Below are positions 43,179 to 52,665 of a stretch of DNA of 61,802 nt, piece after piece. The notes below the pieces were generated by a model. That model made no database searches. It saw nothing but the letters and a program-made list of their open reading frames with translations, and had not been told where the DNA came from. The stretch is from an uncultured Fibrobacterota bacterium (GTDB lineage Bacteria; Fibrobacterota; Chitinivibrionia; Chitinivibrionales; FEN-1185), in contig CAVSQB010000035.1 of NCBI GenBank assembly GCA_963729895.1, forward strand, positions 1-61,802. The letters run 5' to 3'. Positions within the stretch are counted from its first letter, which is position 1, and the number at the start of each line of letters is the position of its first letter. The position numbers and the translations under genes were made by a program.

Positions 43179-43303
43179 CCTGGCCTGTCCGGCGCCGGTG
43201 TTGGGGACTTGCAATGGCTACTTCGCGATCAAGAATGCAAATGCTACACAGTTCCTTCTTTGTCTTTCTTCACACTATGCACCGGGCACCCGTGCGGATT
43301 TAA

Positions 43304-44458
43304 TTATCCACCGATCGACCGCATCTTGTTAGGGTCCTCCGAAAGCAAATGCTCTATTGTTCCAAATGATGTGTTTATGTACTCGCCAAGAAGTTGATCC
43401 TCAAAAGTGATAGAGTTGTGTGGGCCAACATGTGCTCCTAAAATTCTCTTGCTTACAAGGGACTGGAGTATTTGCCATGGTGCTGGCTTTGTGAGCTTGA
43501 ACGCACCACACAAGTAAGAGCAGAACCTACCATCTATATTCTTTGGAGGAAACACGTAATTGTATCCCAAGTTTGGAGCTTGGCGGAAATCATAATGTGT
43601 AGACGAGTAACGAATGCCTTCCACGTCCTTGTTATTTCTCACCCATTGAAGCAAGAGATTCGGGAGGATGTACTCGACATTAAATCGCGCATCCTGATGC
43701 ATCCTTTTGAAAGAACATGCCTGTGTAATTACCCACGTTGCGACAACTGCCTGAACGTAATCAATGATTTCGCCACGATTCTTGTCTTCCAAATGCTCAC
43801 CCAGTTTGTTTTGAGAAAGCAGCAACGCAAATGAAGTTGTAAGGTCAAGCACCCTTAGTGGCGGCTCAGAAGTCGGCATGAAACATGAGATGTACAATTT
43901 GTTAAGATCAGGCCTATGCATTTCAAGCCAGCAGACAAAAATGCTTGATCCCAGATACAGGCAAGGAACTCCAGCTATTGAATATCTTCGAGCTTCAACT
44001 TTATGTCTTTCGTCAAAAGGAATATGAAATATCTCCTCACGGGTTTCCAAGGGCTCACTTGCTTCTCTTGCACGATATATGTGGTAAATGTCATCTATTT
44101 GCAACCGCAATTTGCCCCAATATTCATGTACAAAGGGCAAGGTAATAGTCTTGTCCAGCAATTCGTAAGCCTCAGAGGCATCCCCTTTGAGGTATTTACT
44201 TACAATTTCAACCAAGTTACTGCCGATTGTAACATATTCAGGCAGATTCGATTTTAACCTTTTCGTGAACGCATCCGATTCAGAGACGTCCTCGACAGTT
44301 CTTATGAATAGGCTAACGTTTCGTTTTACCGCACTAGCATAGCTATCCTCATTTCCTTGAAAATAGGGGTATGTAAATTTGTCCGAAAGAATTCCAAGTA
44401 GTCTTCCAAGAGAGGAATCATGTGAGACCAAAGGCCAGCCGTCTGAAGTTGTTCTCAT
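43304..44458 (-). CDS. RES-domain protein (putative defence/toxin)
   Basis: IYRAR, FHIPF..R, RYSIAGVPCLYLGSS..C..E, EYILP..LLQW, GIRYSS. Confidence 0.75.
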   Translation of the reverse strand: MRTTSDGWPLVSHDSSLGRLLGILSDKFTYPYFQGNEDSYASAVKRNVSLFIRTVEDVSESDAFTKRLKSNLPEYVTIGSNLVEIVSKYLKGDASEAYELLDKTITLPFVHEYWGKLRLQIDDIYHIYRAREASEPLETREEIFHIPFDERHKVEARRYSIAGVPCLYLGSSIFVCWLEMHRPDLNKLYISCFMPTSEPPLRVLDLTTSFALLLSQNKLGEHLEDKNRGEIIDYVQAVVATWVITQACSFKRMHQDARFNVEYILPNLLLQWVRNNKDVEGIRYSSTHYDFRQAPNLGYNYVFPPKNIDGRFCSYLCGAFKLTKPAPWQILQSLVSKRILGAHVGPHNSITFEDQLLGEYINTSFGTIEHLLSEDPNKMRSIGG

Positions 44459-44864
44459 GGCGCGCGAGTCCTTTTAATTCTGAACTTGGTGAATGTGGCA
44501 AATCAGTTAAATCGAATCCTAAGGACTTTGGGATGCCTCTGGGCATCTGGATTGGGAAGCTTTGCGTTTCTGGTAGTCGACGGGCACCTTAGAAAAATAG
44601 GAATTGCGAGCGACGGTTTGGGGGATTTCTGCGGCGAGGATGCGAAGTCGTGTTACCTATTGTTGAATGAAGATGATCTCCTAGGTTGCGCTGGCTCATT
44701 GAATATTGTATTTCTTTAATTCAAGGGTTGCCTCCTCTTCTTGATGGTCAGAGCAAAGCCCTTAACGACTAGAACAGGTTGGCGGCCGCTCCCTTGCTGT
44801 TAATTTATCCGGACACCGCCGGCCAATTTTGGCAATTCTTTCTCTGGAGCGCGAGAGAAACAAA

Positions 44865-45833
44865 ATGCTTTTGAGAAACTGTATTTTTTGTGGCAACGAA
44901 TACGACATGATGGCAGTCCATGCAGAACACGTAATTCCGCGCAATATCGGCGGCACAGTTGTAACTTACCACGTCTGCAACAAGTGCAACACAGATGTCT
45001 TCAGCGAAATAGACGCCGAACTAAATCGCCAACGTTTCATTTACGACGCATACAAGGAAATATCAACCGAGAAGCGACCAGCACTAAAATTTCATTTCAT
45101 GGAAGCATTTGCTATTGACGAAAATGGCACCAAGCTTCCTTTCGTTCCCAAAAGCGACAGAAACGAAATGATCCCAACGAAAATCGCGGAGGGCCAATTC
45201 ATCGGTCCATTAGATGTCGATGAATCGAAGGACACTTTCATTTCACTGATTAGAAAAATTGGGCGTAAATACGACATATCTCCGCAATTCATTGAAAACC
45301 ACCTCCAACCCTATCGGATCTTTCGTTCAAATGCGAAGGATGGCGACATCTATCGTGAAAGGTTTTTAACAAATGCTAATGTAGAGATTGTTGAATCGAC
45401 CCGAGTGAAACAGACAATAATGAATGCAAAGACACCTCACCGCTTTATTGCCAAGGCATGTGCAGAATTCGCTCACCTTTTTGGAATAGCTGATGGTATA
45501 GCGAATATGGGGGTCATTAAAAAGCATGCATTAGTCGGAGGACTTGAAGGAAAACCGCTCAATTTCTTCGTTGATGAAACAGACATTGAGAAAGCACGTG
45601 AATTTCACATAGTGCTTTTTACGGCGAAGCAATTCATGGTCATTTTTTTTGGAAGATGGGGAGCCGCCGTTGATATAGAATGGGAAATGGACCCCAGTCT
45701 AGTCTATGTTGCCAACAACGTTTCCAGTAGGAAACTGGTACTCTGTAAGCACGAGGGAAATCAACTGGTGACCACTAACATGGTTGTGGGAATTAAGGAG
45801 CACGACCAGTACCGGCTTCGAACAAATATTTAG
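44865..45833 (+). CDS. HNH endonuclease (Zn-binding N-terminal HNH)
   Basis: CIFCG...EHVIPRNIGG...VCNKCN. Confidence 0.8.
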   Translation: MLLRNCIFCGNEYDMMAVHAEHVIPRNIGGTVVTYHVCNKCNTDVFSEIDAELNRQRFIYDAYKEISTEKRPALKFHFMEAFAIDENGTKLPFVPKSDRNEMIPTKIAEGQFIGPLDVDESKDTFISLIRKIGRKYDISPQFIENHLQPYRIFRSNAKDGDIYRERFLTNANVEIVESTRVKQTIMNAKTPHRFIAKACAEFAHLFGIADGIANMGVIKKHALVGGLEGKPLNFFVDETDIEKAREFHIVLFTAKQFMVIFFGRWGAAVDIEWEMDPSLVYVANNVSSRKLVLCKHEGNQLVTTNMVVGIKEHDQYRLRTNI

Positions 45834-45889
45834 AGCAAAACCGTTGCCTGCTCCGGAAATCGAACAAGTACACCCGCGCGTTCTTGTCG

Positions 45890-46081
45890 CTCGGCTTTTC
45901 GGCGCGGGCTCGTCGACCAGCTCAATAACCTGGAACGGCAGGACTATGTTCGTGATTTCGTTGGTCTTGCCATTCCACATAAACTCAACCTCACGCTTGT
46001 CGTCGAACAGCAGAAAACGGTATTTGTCCGCTTCGATGAGACGGAGGATTTCGTGCTTTTCAGAGTCGAGGAGGAAGGCAT
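45890..46081 (-). pseudogene. N-terminal remnant of a site-specific DNA methyltransferase (type III Mod-like)
   Basis: Manual translation DSEKHEILRLIEADKYRFLLFDDKREVEFMWNGKTNEITNIVLPFQVIELVDEP resembles Mod N-termini; the ATG at 46081 is out of frame and there are no catalytic motifs. Confidence 0.65.
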
Positions 46082-46092
46082 AGTCTAGCCAT

Positions 46093-47184
46093 TTATTGCG
46101 ATAATATTTCGGTTATCAATGATAGCTCTAACTGATCATTAGGTGGCATAATGTCTAGATGATTTCTTATCTCTTTCCAAATAGAGCTAATATCAACAAG
46201 GTCCTTATCCGTATAAGTTACAAAATTTATCCCATATTTTCGCCAGTATTTTTTATGTTTTTCCATTTCTCTCTCGAAATGTTTCTTGGCGTCTTCGTTC
46301 AATTCGGACAGTTTTTTATCTCTACCGGACAGCTTTCCATGAGTTGACCAAGGGGATATCTCGCAACCAAATTTGCTCATATCGTAAGGATTTATTATAA
46401 GGAAATCCAATCGATGTTCGTGTTTGACTTTGTCAGGATCGTACTGTAGTTCCGGAACAAGGAGTGGCGTGCTTTCCGGATTAGCCCGGTCGTGGACGTA
46501 TGAAATGTATTCATCGGCAATCTGCAATTGATATTTTGACGAAGTTCTCCTAACCATATCCCTAAAGAACTGAAGATAGTCATCTATGTTACTGAAAGTG
46601 CGTCGTTTGTTCTCCCCCATGTAACATAACCCGGCTCCCAAAACGTGGGATATTGTCCAGTATGGCCATTTGAAATGCCTTATTTCTGACTTGTCATTTT
46701 CCCATTTACCTTTTGCATAACGTGGTGTAACAAGAAGGCCAAACGCATCACTCGTTTCACCAAACCAGTATTCAGATTCATCAACCTTCGGGCGGTTCTT
46801 GTAAAGTTCGTCATAGTGTTTTAGAAATGAGCGCTGTAGGAAGATGTTCCAATAGGATTTGAAATGAGGGTACTTGCCTTTTAACAACTTGATCATTACC
46901 CTATGGCGTGGCTCACAAAAGGGGAGTTTGAGGGACGTTCTTAAGCCTTTTAGCCACTCGCTCACAAATTCTATTGGTGTCTTTATAACCTTATGTTGTA
47001 AGTCGATATAATCGTCAGTTTTCGAACCAATGAAAGCATTCAGAGAAAGCTCATTGGGATAATCATAATCAGGACCTGCGTTTTTTAGTTCATCCAGTAC
47101 GTCTGGTAAAACAGTTCTCAGTCGGTCCTGCATTTCGGAAATCATTTTGTTTCTTGCCGTCTTGTTTGGATCTCGTTTCGCCAC
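46093..47184 (-). CDS. Putative endonuclease with C-terminal Vsr/DUF559-like PD-(D/E)xK region
   Basis: LVPELQY..HEHRLDFLII...GCEISPWSTHG...K..KY..KYGI..V.YTD.DL. Confidence 0.55.
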   Translation of the reverse strand: MAKRDPNKTARNKMISEMQDRLRTVLPDVLDELKNAGPDYDYPNELSLNAFIGSKTDDYIDLQHKVIKTPIEFVSEWLKGLRTSLKLPFCEPRHRVMIKLLKGKYPHFKSYWNIFLQRSFLKHYDELYKNRPKVDESEYWFGETSDAFGLLVTPRYAKGKWENDKSEIRHFKWPYWTISHVLGAGLCYMGENKRRTFSNIDDYLQFFRDMVRRTSSKYQLQIADEYISYVHDRANPESTPLLVPELQYDPDKVKHEHRLDFLIINPYDMSKFGCEISPWSTHGKLSGRDKKLSELNEDAKKHFEREMEKHKKYWRKYGINFVTYTDKDLVDISSIWKEIRNHLDIMPPNDQLELSLITEILSQ

Positions 47185-47348
47185 GATCGTCCATTCCCGG
47201 TTAAATTGGGAAACAATTCGCGTCTTTGGGGGCGTCTCCTCTTTTCAGATACATTTTCTTCCTAGGTCTCGGCGCTTTCTTCCACTGTAGGACGTGCCAT
47301 TGTTTTTGGGGTTGCTAATGAAAGCATAGGTACCATATGGCTAGCGGC

Positions 47349-48290
47349 TCAGACATTCAGGTTCAATCGCAGCAGCTTGACCATGAATTTATGGACAGGG
47401 CTCGTACAAACCTTGGTGCGTTTGAAGAAAAGAATGAATAAACCTGCGAACCCGAACGGCAACCCCCCAAGCCCCGAAATGGATATGAAGGGTTGTGCAG
47501 CATTCCATAGTCCATGATCCCTAATAATGAGAACGGCAAATGCAAACGAACCCAAGGATAATGCTACAAGCCAGACAACAGCAAGAAGATCTGCAATTCG
47601 AAAAACCCTATTGAACGCTTTGTCATATTGGTCGGCCTTTCTTACACACATCGTAAGGTCATCCAGGCAGTAGGTAGTCAGTATGCAAGAATAGACATTT
47701 TGTGCAAGCACATTTAGATAGAATTCATCGGAATACGGGAATTTCTTTTGGTGGAGCTTGGTATAGAACTCCAGTGCGTGTTTGCGCCAACCCTGGTTAT
47801 TGCTGCCTTCCGCGGTAATTGCTGATACAATTGTTAATAATTCCTCCTCAAAGCTATTTCCTGCAAATTTCACAATATCCTTCTCGACTATAGCTACCAG
47901 GAAATCCGCATGTATTGCCTGTTCTGAGGAAAGACTAGATTTCTGTCTCATCATTCGTTGAAACCAAACTGAGTGTTCTTGGATTCCTGCGTCTCGAATC
48001 CCAAGGGCCATACCGAGCATCGAAATATTATCGGCTAGTAACGATTCACGGTTTTCAATCTGTCTTCCCATCAGAACCTCGATGCCGTCACAAAATGCTT
48101 TGAGGTCCTCAACTCCTTTGTTGCGAACAAAACCAAGGGAAGCAGTAGACTTGTAGTTCTTGGTATCGACAGCATTTGTGAAAGATGGCTTGATTAATTC
48201 TGGCAGAAAAAATGCCGCAAAAGCCCTGACAACCTCAGGTTTATCCTGTACAATTTGAGTAAAGTAATCTTCTACTTGTAATTCTTTCAT
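47349..48290 (-). CDS. Argonaute-associated protein with two C-terminal TM helices (candidate effector), 313 aa
   Basis: ATG 48290 overlaps the reconstructed pAgo stop (ATGA). Soluble N-terminal region of about 230 aa, then LLAVVWLVALSLGSFAFAVLII and ISISGLGGLPFGFAGLFILFF. Confidence 0.75.
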   Translation of the reverse strand: MKELQVEDYFTQIVQDKPEVVRAFAAFFLPELIKPSFTNAVDTKNYKSTASLGFVRNKGVEDLKAFCDGIEVLMGRQIENRESLLADNISMLGMALGIRDAGIQEHSVWFQRMMRQKSSLSSEQAIHADFLVAIVEKDIVKFAGNSFEEELLTIVSAITAEGSNNQGWRKHALEFYTKLHQKKFPYSDEFYLNVLAQNVYSCILTTYCLDDLTMCVRKADQYDKAFNRVFRIADLLAVVWLVALSLGSFAFAVLIIRDHGLWNAAQPFISISGLGGLPFGFAGLFILFFKRTKVCTSPVHKFMVKLLRLNLNV

Positions 48291-48559
48291 AGGAACCACT
48301 TACTGAATCTAAGGTTCCCACAGACAACGTCAGGATCAAACCCAGGGCATTTTTCCATTTTCCCAAGAAGCTTGGCAATCAAAGCGGAATATTCGAGTGT
48401 GACTGGTGCCGGCGAATAGAAGAATCCTCTCCAAGAAATGCAGGAAAAAGTGAAGACCTGCTGGCTAAGGTAGTGAGATGGTCCGGGATTTTTGAACAGG
48501 AAATAATGGTTTCTTAGTTGGATTCCGAGGGTATTTTTTCATTATCAAAGGAGTCCAAC

Positions 48560-48922
48560 ATGAACCGGAAGCAGCAAGCGAAGGCCGCCGCGATGTCCCC
48601 GAACAGCGATGGCAACCCCGCCAAGCGGACCCGCCGCAAGATCGACGACGCTCTGAAGACGAAGGTGGTTCTGGAAGCCTTGAAGGAGGCCGAACCGCTG
48701 TCCGTTTTGGCAAGTCGGTACGAAGTCCATCCCAACCAGATAGCTCAGTGGCGCAGGCAGTTTCTTGGCAACGCGCAGATGGCTTTTTCGGGAGACAAGA
48801 ACGCCGAGCAAGAGCTTGAGCGCGTTCGCGGTGATCGCGATGAGTATGCACGCAAGGTCGGGGAGCTGACCATGGATGTCGAGTTCCTAAAAAAAAACTT
48901 GCGGAAGCTGGGCATGCTATGA
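48560..48922 (+). CDS. IS3 transposase OrfA
   Basis: RRK.D..LKTKVVLEA..LA.RYEVHPNQI.QWR HTH; A9 slippery run at 48889-48897 whose -1 frame enters OrfB. Confidence 0.9.
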   Translation: MNRKQQAKAAAMSPNSDGNPAKRTRRKIDDALKTKVVLEALKEAEPLSVLASRYEVHPNQIAQWRRQFLGNAQMAFSGDKNAEQELERVRGDRDEYARKVGELTMDVEFLKKNLRKLGML

Positions 48923-49761
48923 GAGCAAAGATGGCCGATTCTACAAGCGAGGACTTGACTTTGAAGAGGCAGTGTTCGCTGCTTTCCATTTGTCGGACCT
49001 CGATTTACTATACGCCGCAGACTAGTCCGATGAACAAGTTGCTCATGGATCGTATCGATGAGCTATTCACCGATGACCCCACGCGGGGCACCAGAAGGCT
49101 CCGGGCGGCCATGAGGCGTCAGTTTGGGCTGGAGGTTGGGCGCAGCAAGATTCGCAGGCTGATGGCCCGTATGGGCCTCCACGCGATCTACCGGGCCCTG
49201 AACACCTCGAAGCCCAATAAGGCACACAAGAAGTACCCGTATCTGCTTCGTGGCGTAGTGGTCAACCACCCCAACCAGGTGTGGAGCACCGATATCACCT
49301 ACATCCGCCTCAACGGCGGCTTCGCTTACCTCTGCGCCGTTATCGACTGGTACAGTCGGTGCGTCCTTGCATGGCGTCTGTCGACCTCGCTGGACAGCGG
49401 CTTCTGCATCGAAGTTCTCAAGGAGGCACTGGCGAAGTACGGAGAACCGGAAATCTTCAACTCGGATCAGGGATGTCAGTTCACCAGCGAGGAGTTCACC
49501 TCGGTGCTCCTTGAACGCGGTATCCGGATCAGCATGGACGGACGAGGGCGGGCGCTGGATAACGTGTTTGTCGAGAGGCTGTGGCGAACGGTCAAGTACG
49601 ACGACATCTACATACGGGGGTACAGCTCCGTTGCCGAGTGCCGCACCGGCCTTGCGGAGTTCTTTGAACGGTACAACAACCGGAGGGAGCACTCGTCCCT
49701 CCTTTACAACTATCCAATGGAAGTGTATATTGGTGAGGTAGTGCTATCAAAGGCAGCTTGA
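48919..49761 (+). CDS. IS3 transposase OrfB (DDE integrase core)
   Basis: WSTDITY, IDWYSR, NSDQGCQF, DNVFVERLWRTVKY. Confidence 0.93.
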   Translation: MRAKMADSTSEDLTLKRQCSLLSICRTSIYYTPQTSPMNKLLMDRIDELFTDDPTRGTRRLRAAMRRQFGLEVGRSKIRRLMARMGLHAIYRALNTSKPNKAHKKYPYLLRGVVVNHPNQVWSTDITYIRLNGGFAYLCAVIDWYSRCVLAWRLSTSLDSGFCIEVLKEALAKYGEPEIFNSDQGCQFTSEEFTSVLLERGIRISMDGRGRALDNVFVERLWRTVKYDDIYIRGYSSVAECRTGLAEFFERYNNRREHSSLLYNYPMEVYIGEVVLSKAA

Positions 49762-51957
49762 CGAGCAAGACAGGCAAGGCCAACTAAGCAATCAGAAATT
49801 CCTGTCAAGAAAAGTCGACCATCTCATAGTCGATATCGCGGAAAGTCGATCTTTCATGTAACTTCACAAGAACAGGATAGGAACCACCTTGTGTATATTT
49901 TTTGATTTCCCTCGGTCCAGTGAGTTGAATCAGGCTGTTAAGATCATCAAGTCGCAAACCTTCGCCTCTGCTTGCTGACCAAACTCCTTTCATTTCATTC
50001 CTGCTCATTCGATCCGGTTCCCCACCCTGATCCAAATCAACAAGGAGGAACGGTTGCTCTTGGGAAACCGTCAGGTAGGCAAAACTCACTTCGTGTTCAC
50101 CCCCAAAATGGGTGGCCACTTCCTGTATGGCATCGATCTCATCGTGTCGGAAAGGCTTAAAGACATGGAAAACAAGCCTAACGGACGACCCCTTCTGCCA
50201 GTTGTACTTCTTCCTGACTTCATCAATTGTCAACTTTAGGTTATCTATCAGAGCTTGCAAATAATCGTTGTATTCAACAACTCGTGATCGATTGCCTACT
50301 AAGTACGTTCCGTCGCCAGAAAAAATGGTTGTAAAGCCGACAACACGATACGCTTCAGCAAACCGATCTGCCCTAATGTTAGAGTACCCAAGGCCAATAA
50401 CCAGCTCGTGATCAATGGACTGGTTGACTGGCGTGACCCAAGGAGTGCCGCCCAATTTTGCATATATTGCCAGGCTCATGCTGTTTAATATCCAGCCGAG
50501 TTGCCATTCTGGCGCCCTTATGTTTTCAATCTTTATTTCTTGTGATGGAATTTGATTCTGAAGTAACTTAGACTTGGTTAGGTAGTACGGATCTTCTGTC
50601 GGTGGCAAATCTCTGAAAGATTCCGAGGTCTCAACTATGGCTAAATGAATTTGCCCTTTCTCGCCAATGGCTTTGCTTATTGCTTCGCTGAACTTTTCGG
50701 GTGTAGGCTCATCAACGTCATAAATAGCGAAATCCAATCCAGACAGGTGATACCTCTTAACAAACCCATCATTATATGGTTCTATCCCACCGTACTTTCG
50801 GCCATGTTGTCTATTTGAAGGAATTCCATTCCTAAATTTTGCCAGAAAAGAAGCCACCGCAGCCCTGTTCACTTTTCGGCAAAAAGCGCATATTAATGGC
50901 TTCTTAGGAGTGTAGACATCTTTATCCCAAGGCCCGTATAGTTTTATGCCGTAATTTGCATTGGCATTGGTCTTTGTTGAATCGGTGCTAAAGATGTATG
51001 TTGGCTTTGAGAATTTCTTGCCATTCCAGAAATTGTCACCCTCCTTAAATAGCGAGCCGACTCGAAATTCGACCCCATTTCCATTTGAGATTTGGTCTTT
51101 GCAAAAAACGCTATGGATCCGACGAATTTCCTCAAAGAGGTACTTGTGGGACTTTCGCATATGCGCTGTGCTAAAAAGCTGATTCATTATTTTTGTAGCA
51201 GTCTCCCCTCCAAGAATTTGGGAAAGAACCATTCTGCGGTTTTCCCTGTTGTTTTCAAGGAAGAGCTCATCTGCTCGGTAGGTGTGAGTTTCATTACCAC
51301 GCTCAATGATTAGAGTCGCAGAATCTATGACTTCCTTTATTTGGCCAACAAGATTCCTTTGAGGTGCAAGAACATCATTCAGTTTTTCACTACAACAGGC
51401 AAGCCTGCCTCTGAGATCGATATTCTTGTCGATGAGGTAACTACAGGTAAGTTGCATGTCCCACTGGTAGAAGATTTTAAACATGATTAAGTAGATTGGT
51501 TTGCCGTCCGGGTATAGCACTCTTGTTTCAAGAGCAATGCCTTTTCGGTAGGCAATTTGGTCTCTATACTTCTCTGGTACCATGTTGCAGATGAGGTCAT
51601 CCTCAATTCTTCGTGAGAAAAACTCAATCGGTTGGAATGATGACGGAACTATTCCCTTCCAGGAAATAATCTTTCGAAAGAGTGTATGCCTTACAAATGC
51701 AGAGACAACTTCTATATCTTTGTCAAGGGCAATGTTTACGGCCTCACCATTCAGCGGTTCCACGCCCGGCATCATTGGCGAGTGGTAAATCCAATTCCCG
51801 ATTCTTGGAAAAGAATGGGTAGTATTGTGATTTGCTCGTAATTCGAGCAACAGTTCATCAGAAAAGGGCAAGCGTCTTACTGGTATCTGCTCATTTAGGA
51901 ATTCGAATGGTGCCGCGTTTGTGATTAGTGCCATACTAAATACATCTCCACGCCTAT

Positions 51958-52328
51958 TTAAATTCGTTTTCGTTCTTCGTCGTCTTGAACCGCATTCCAA
52001 AAGCCACCACTGCTTCATTCTGAACTTTGGACGTCCTCATTTTGTAGCCATCATGATTTCAATTGTTGCCGTGCATTATCAACAAATTCATCCACGACGA
52101 TTCCCTGCCGAGCATAGTTGACCATGCATTGGCAACGGCGCGGTAGAAAGTTATATCCTAACGGATGACTTAGGATCCCTCGAACTTCTTCTTTGCCATT
52201 TTGACCGCCTGTATTTTTGCCTACAAAGCCAATTTTCTTTCATACTCGTTTTTGAAAGCTTCATGAGAAGCGTGTCCCTTGTCCTCAGTGAGAGTCGCTA
52301 CCTCTTCTTTCACTTTGATGCTGTCCAT
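51958..52328 (-). pseudogene. Probable degraded small gene immediately upstream of pAgo
   Basis: Good RBS (GGAAAGGGAGAG) and ATG; protein-like text (MDSIKVKEEV..., YARQGIVVDEFVDNARQQLK) broken by several stops and a frame change. Confidence 0.35.
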
Positions 52329-52352
52329 TCATACTCTCCCTTTCCTACATCA

Positions 52353-52640
52353 TTAAAATAGCAATTTAAGCATTGCATCATCGGGAATTTGGAAATCTCC
52401 TATTTCTGGGGCAAAAACATTGTTGCATTTTGGGCATGCACAAATAGGCCCGAATTTTATCGACCTCTTTATGAGATCGTTCTCACCACACTGGCAAGCT
52501 TTGGGCTTCTCGTCCAGGTAGTATCGAGACTTGCAGACTTTGCAGTCCCAAGCAGTCTTGAAACCTTCCGTCAGATACACGGTCTCTTCTGTCTGGCATT
52601 TGGGACACGGCCTGCACCCTTTAGTAAAAATGGTACGCAT
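52353..52640 (-). CDS. Small multi-Zn-ribbon protein
   Basis: CPKC, CKVC, CQCG, CACPKC in about 95 aa. Confidence 0.6.
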   Translation of the reverse strand: MRTIFTKGCRPCPKCQTEETVYLTEGFKTAWDCKVCKSRYYLDEKPKACQCGENDLIKRSIKFGPICACPKCNNVFAPEIGDFQIPDDAMLKLLF

Positions 52641-52665
52641 GGGAATTTTCCTGACTTTCTCTTCT

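Larger units (their letters stand above)
48474..49826 (+). mobile_element. IS3-family insertion sequence, intact
   Basis: TG...CA ends. Left TIR TGAGATGGTCCGGGATTTTTGAACAGGA versus right (reverse complement) TGAGATGGTCGACTTTTCTTGACAGGA. TAG duplication at 48471-48473 and 49827-49829. Confidence 0.95.
48287..51934 (-). pseudogene. ago: Long, catalytically inactive prokaryotic Argonaute (RsAgo/long-B-like) interrupted by IS3; reconstructs to 763 aa
   Basis: 5' part 49827-51934: YGPWD, MID PYY..K..L...IPSQ, IYAKLGGTPW, PIWI ELVIGLG, GFTTIFSGDG.Y, RLVFHVFKP. 3' part 48287-48470: YLSQQVFTFSCISWRGF...PVTLEYSALIA...FSKWFL*. The two parts join in frame after removing the IS and one TAG. Confidence 0.93.

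Noticed and set aside
49805..52018. 737-aa ORF taken as a complete Argonaute
   Set aside because: The first 28 codons precede the RBS-supported ATG at 51934, and the last 6 come from the IS end; the true C-terminus is at 48287-48470.
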